DNA of 64,000 nucleotides from a virus (Duplodnaviria; Caudoviricetes): IMG/VR virus record IMGVR_UViG_2918982202_000003; one strand, 5' to 3'. Shown piece by piece: positions 62,836 to 64,000 of this stretch (position 1 is its first letter; each line of letters starts with the position of its first letter). The notes under the pieces were generated by a model. It saw only the letters and a program-made list of their open reading frames with translations, ran no database searches and was not told where the DNA came from. The position numbers and the translations under genes were made by a program.

Positions 62836-64000
62836 ACGGATGAAGCGCCACAACGGGCGCGTCGATCTCTATTGGGTGGCCGACGAGAAGCTCGTCGCCA
62901 AGGGGTTCACACCGAAGACGGTTCGCCTGTTCGGGGACTGGCCCTCACAGGAGATCGCATCGCGTTGCGCGGTTCTGCAGGCCGAAATGTTGGAGTGGGC
63001 CGCAGGCCGCGAGCCAGGTCGGAACGCGTTCGCCCTCGGCACCATCGGCTGGATCTGCCGCGCCTTCGAGACTGACCCCGATTCGCCTATCCATGAGCGC
63101 CGACGAGACACCCGCGTCTTCTACGGCAAATATATCCGACACCTCGTCGAGGCGGCCGGCGACGAGCACATGGCCGACATCATCGGCCGCGACGTGCGGC
63201 GCTGGCATCGCGCCTGGACCGACGATCTCGGCGAGCGCGGCGCCTATGCCTGCATCCAAACGCTTCGCCGGGTCGTGAACTACGGCTGCGAGCTGCGGGA
63301 CCGAGACGCGATTGAGCTGGCGACCGTGTTGTCGAAGACGACGTTCCGGCAGCCGCGCGCCCGCAAGCTCCGCCCGAGTCACGAGATGATCGTCGCGTTG
63401 CGCGCCGCCGCCCACGAGGCCGGCCGGCCGAGCATCGCGCTCGCGGTGACGCTTCAGTTCGAGCTCGGGCTTCGGCAGAAGGACGTGATCGGCGAGTGGG
63501 ACCGCCCCGACGCGGAGGCACGATCCCGAATCGCCGGCGCCATCACGGACGGCGCATGGGTCTGGGATTGGGGCCTCGTCTGGAACCACATCGACGGGAC
63601 GATCCTGCGCAAGCCGACGTCGAAGTCGAACGGCAACGAGTTCGCCGAGCACGATCTCAGCCATTACCCCGAGTTGCTCACCGAATTGCCGCCGCAGGGC
63701 GTCGGTCCGCTGGTCATCGATGAGCGGTCCGGCCTGCCATGGAAGCGCTCGCACTTCAGCCGGACGTTTCGCGAGATCGCCAGAACCTCCGGCTGGCCCG
63801 ACGGCATCTGGAACATGGACAGCAGGGCAGGGGCGGTCAGCGAGGCTTTCGAGGCGGGCGCAGCGCCGGCCGACGTGATGCGCACCGCGACCCACACACA
63901 GATGTCGACGACGATGCTCTATAACCGAGGATCGGTGGTGCAGTCGGGTCGCGTGGCCGAGCTACGAACGGCGCGGCGAAAGGCGAAGCCTGCGGGCTGA
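62798..64000 (+). CDS. int: Tyrosine recombinase (prophage integrase)
   Basis: LGLRQKD (R), PTSKS (K), NMDSRAG (R), ATH, TMLYNR (Y); stop codon at the window end. Confidence 0.88.
   Translation: MPAEHELHAPGLKRMKRHNGRVDLYWVADEKLVAKGFTPKTVRLFGDWPSQEIASRCAVLQAEMLEWAAGREPGRNAFALGTIGWICRAFETDPDSPIHERRRDTRVFYGKYIRHLVEAAGDEHMADIIGRDVRRWHRAWTDDLGERGAYACIQTLRRVVNYGCELRDRDAIELATVLSKTTFRQPRARKLRPSHEMIVALRAAAHEAGRPSIALAVTLQFELGLRQKDVIGEWDRPDAEARSRIAGAITDGAWVWDWGLVWNHIDGTILRKPTSKSNGNEFAEHDLSHYPELLTELPPQGVGPLVIDERSGLPWKRSHFSRTFREIARTSGWPDGIWNMDSRAGAVSEAFEAGAAPADVMRTATHTQMSTTMLYNRGSVVQSGRVAELRTARRKAKPAG

Larger units (their letters stand above)
958..64000. mobile_element. Lambdoid-organised siphovirus prophage, apparently complete, integrated at tRNA-Asn
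   Basis: att fragment, lysis, tail, head, terminase, replication, cI/cro, recombination and xis/int modules all present in canonical order. Confidence 0.93.

Overview
The window is almost entirely one temperate siphovirus-type prophage of about 63 kb. The host is a high-GC alphaproteobacterium; Methylobacterium-like is an inference from GC content, the GAAC-N7-GAAC LexA box and the gene content. The left boundary is a 47-bp 3' half of tRNA-Asn(GTT) at 958-1004 (att core). The right boundary lies just past the tyrosine integrase that ends at base 64000. Left of the att site are fused remnants of an IS3-family transposase and an older integrase. Module order, left to right: accessory region (LexA-boxed umuDC-like pair, secreted SNase, HEPN-like protein, membrane proteins); lysis; tail (fibre, J-like tip, NlpC/P60, DUF1833, tape measure with lytic transglycosylase, frameshifted chaperones, tube); head (MuF, adaptors, P22-like capsid, scaffold, portal, terminase); NusG-like antiterminator; replication (initiator, DnaB); cro/cI switch with five 16-bp operators; early-left operon (YqaJ/RecT, Dcm, small cassettes, TnpB); xis/int. 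Strongest leads: (1) a rearranged-RuvC TnpB without IS ends, translationally coupled into the early operon; (2) a portal-coupled anthrax-lethal-factor-like metallopeptidase and small partner sitting where a MuF gene appears to have been replaced; (3) a Tad1/Acb2-like candidate signal sponge; (4) a two-reading-frame cytosine methyltransferase; (5) several antisense morons inside the late operon. No searches were run: family assignments come from motif recognition only.
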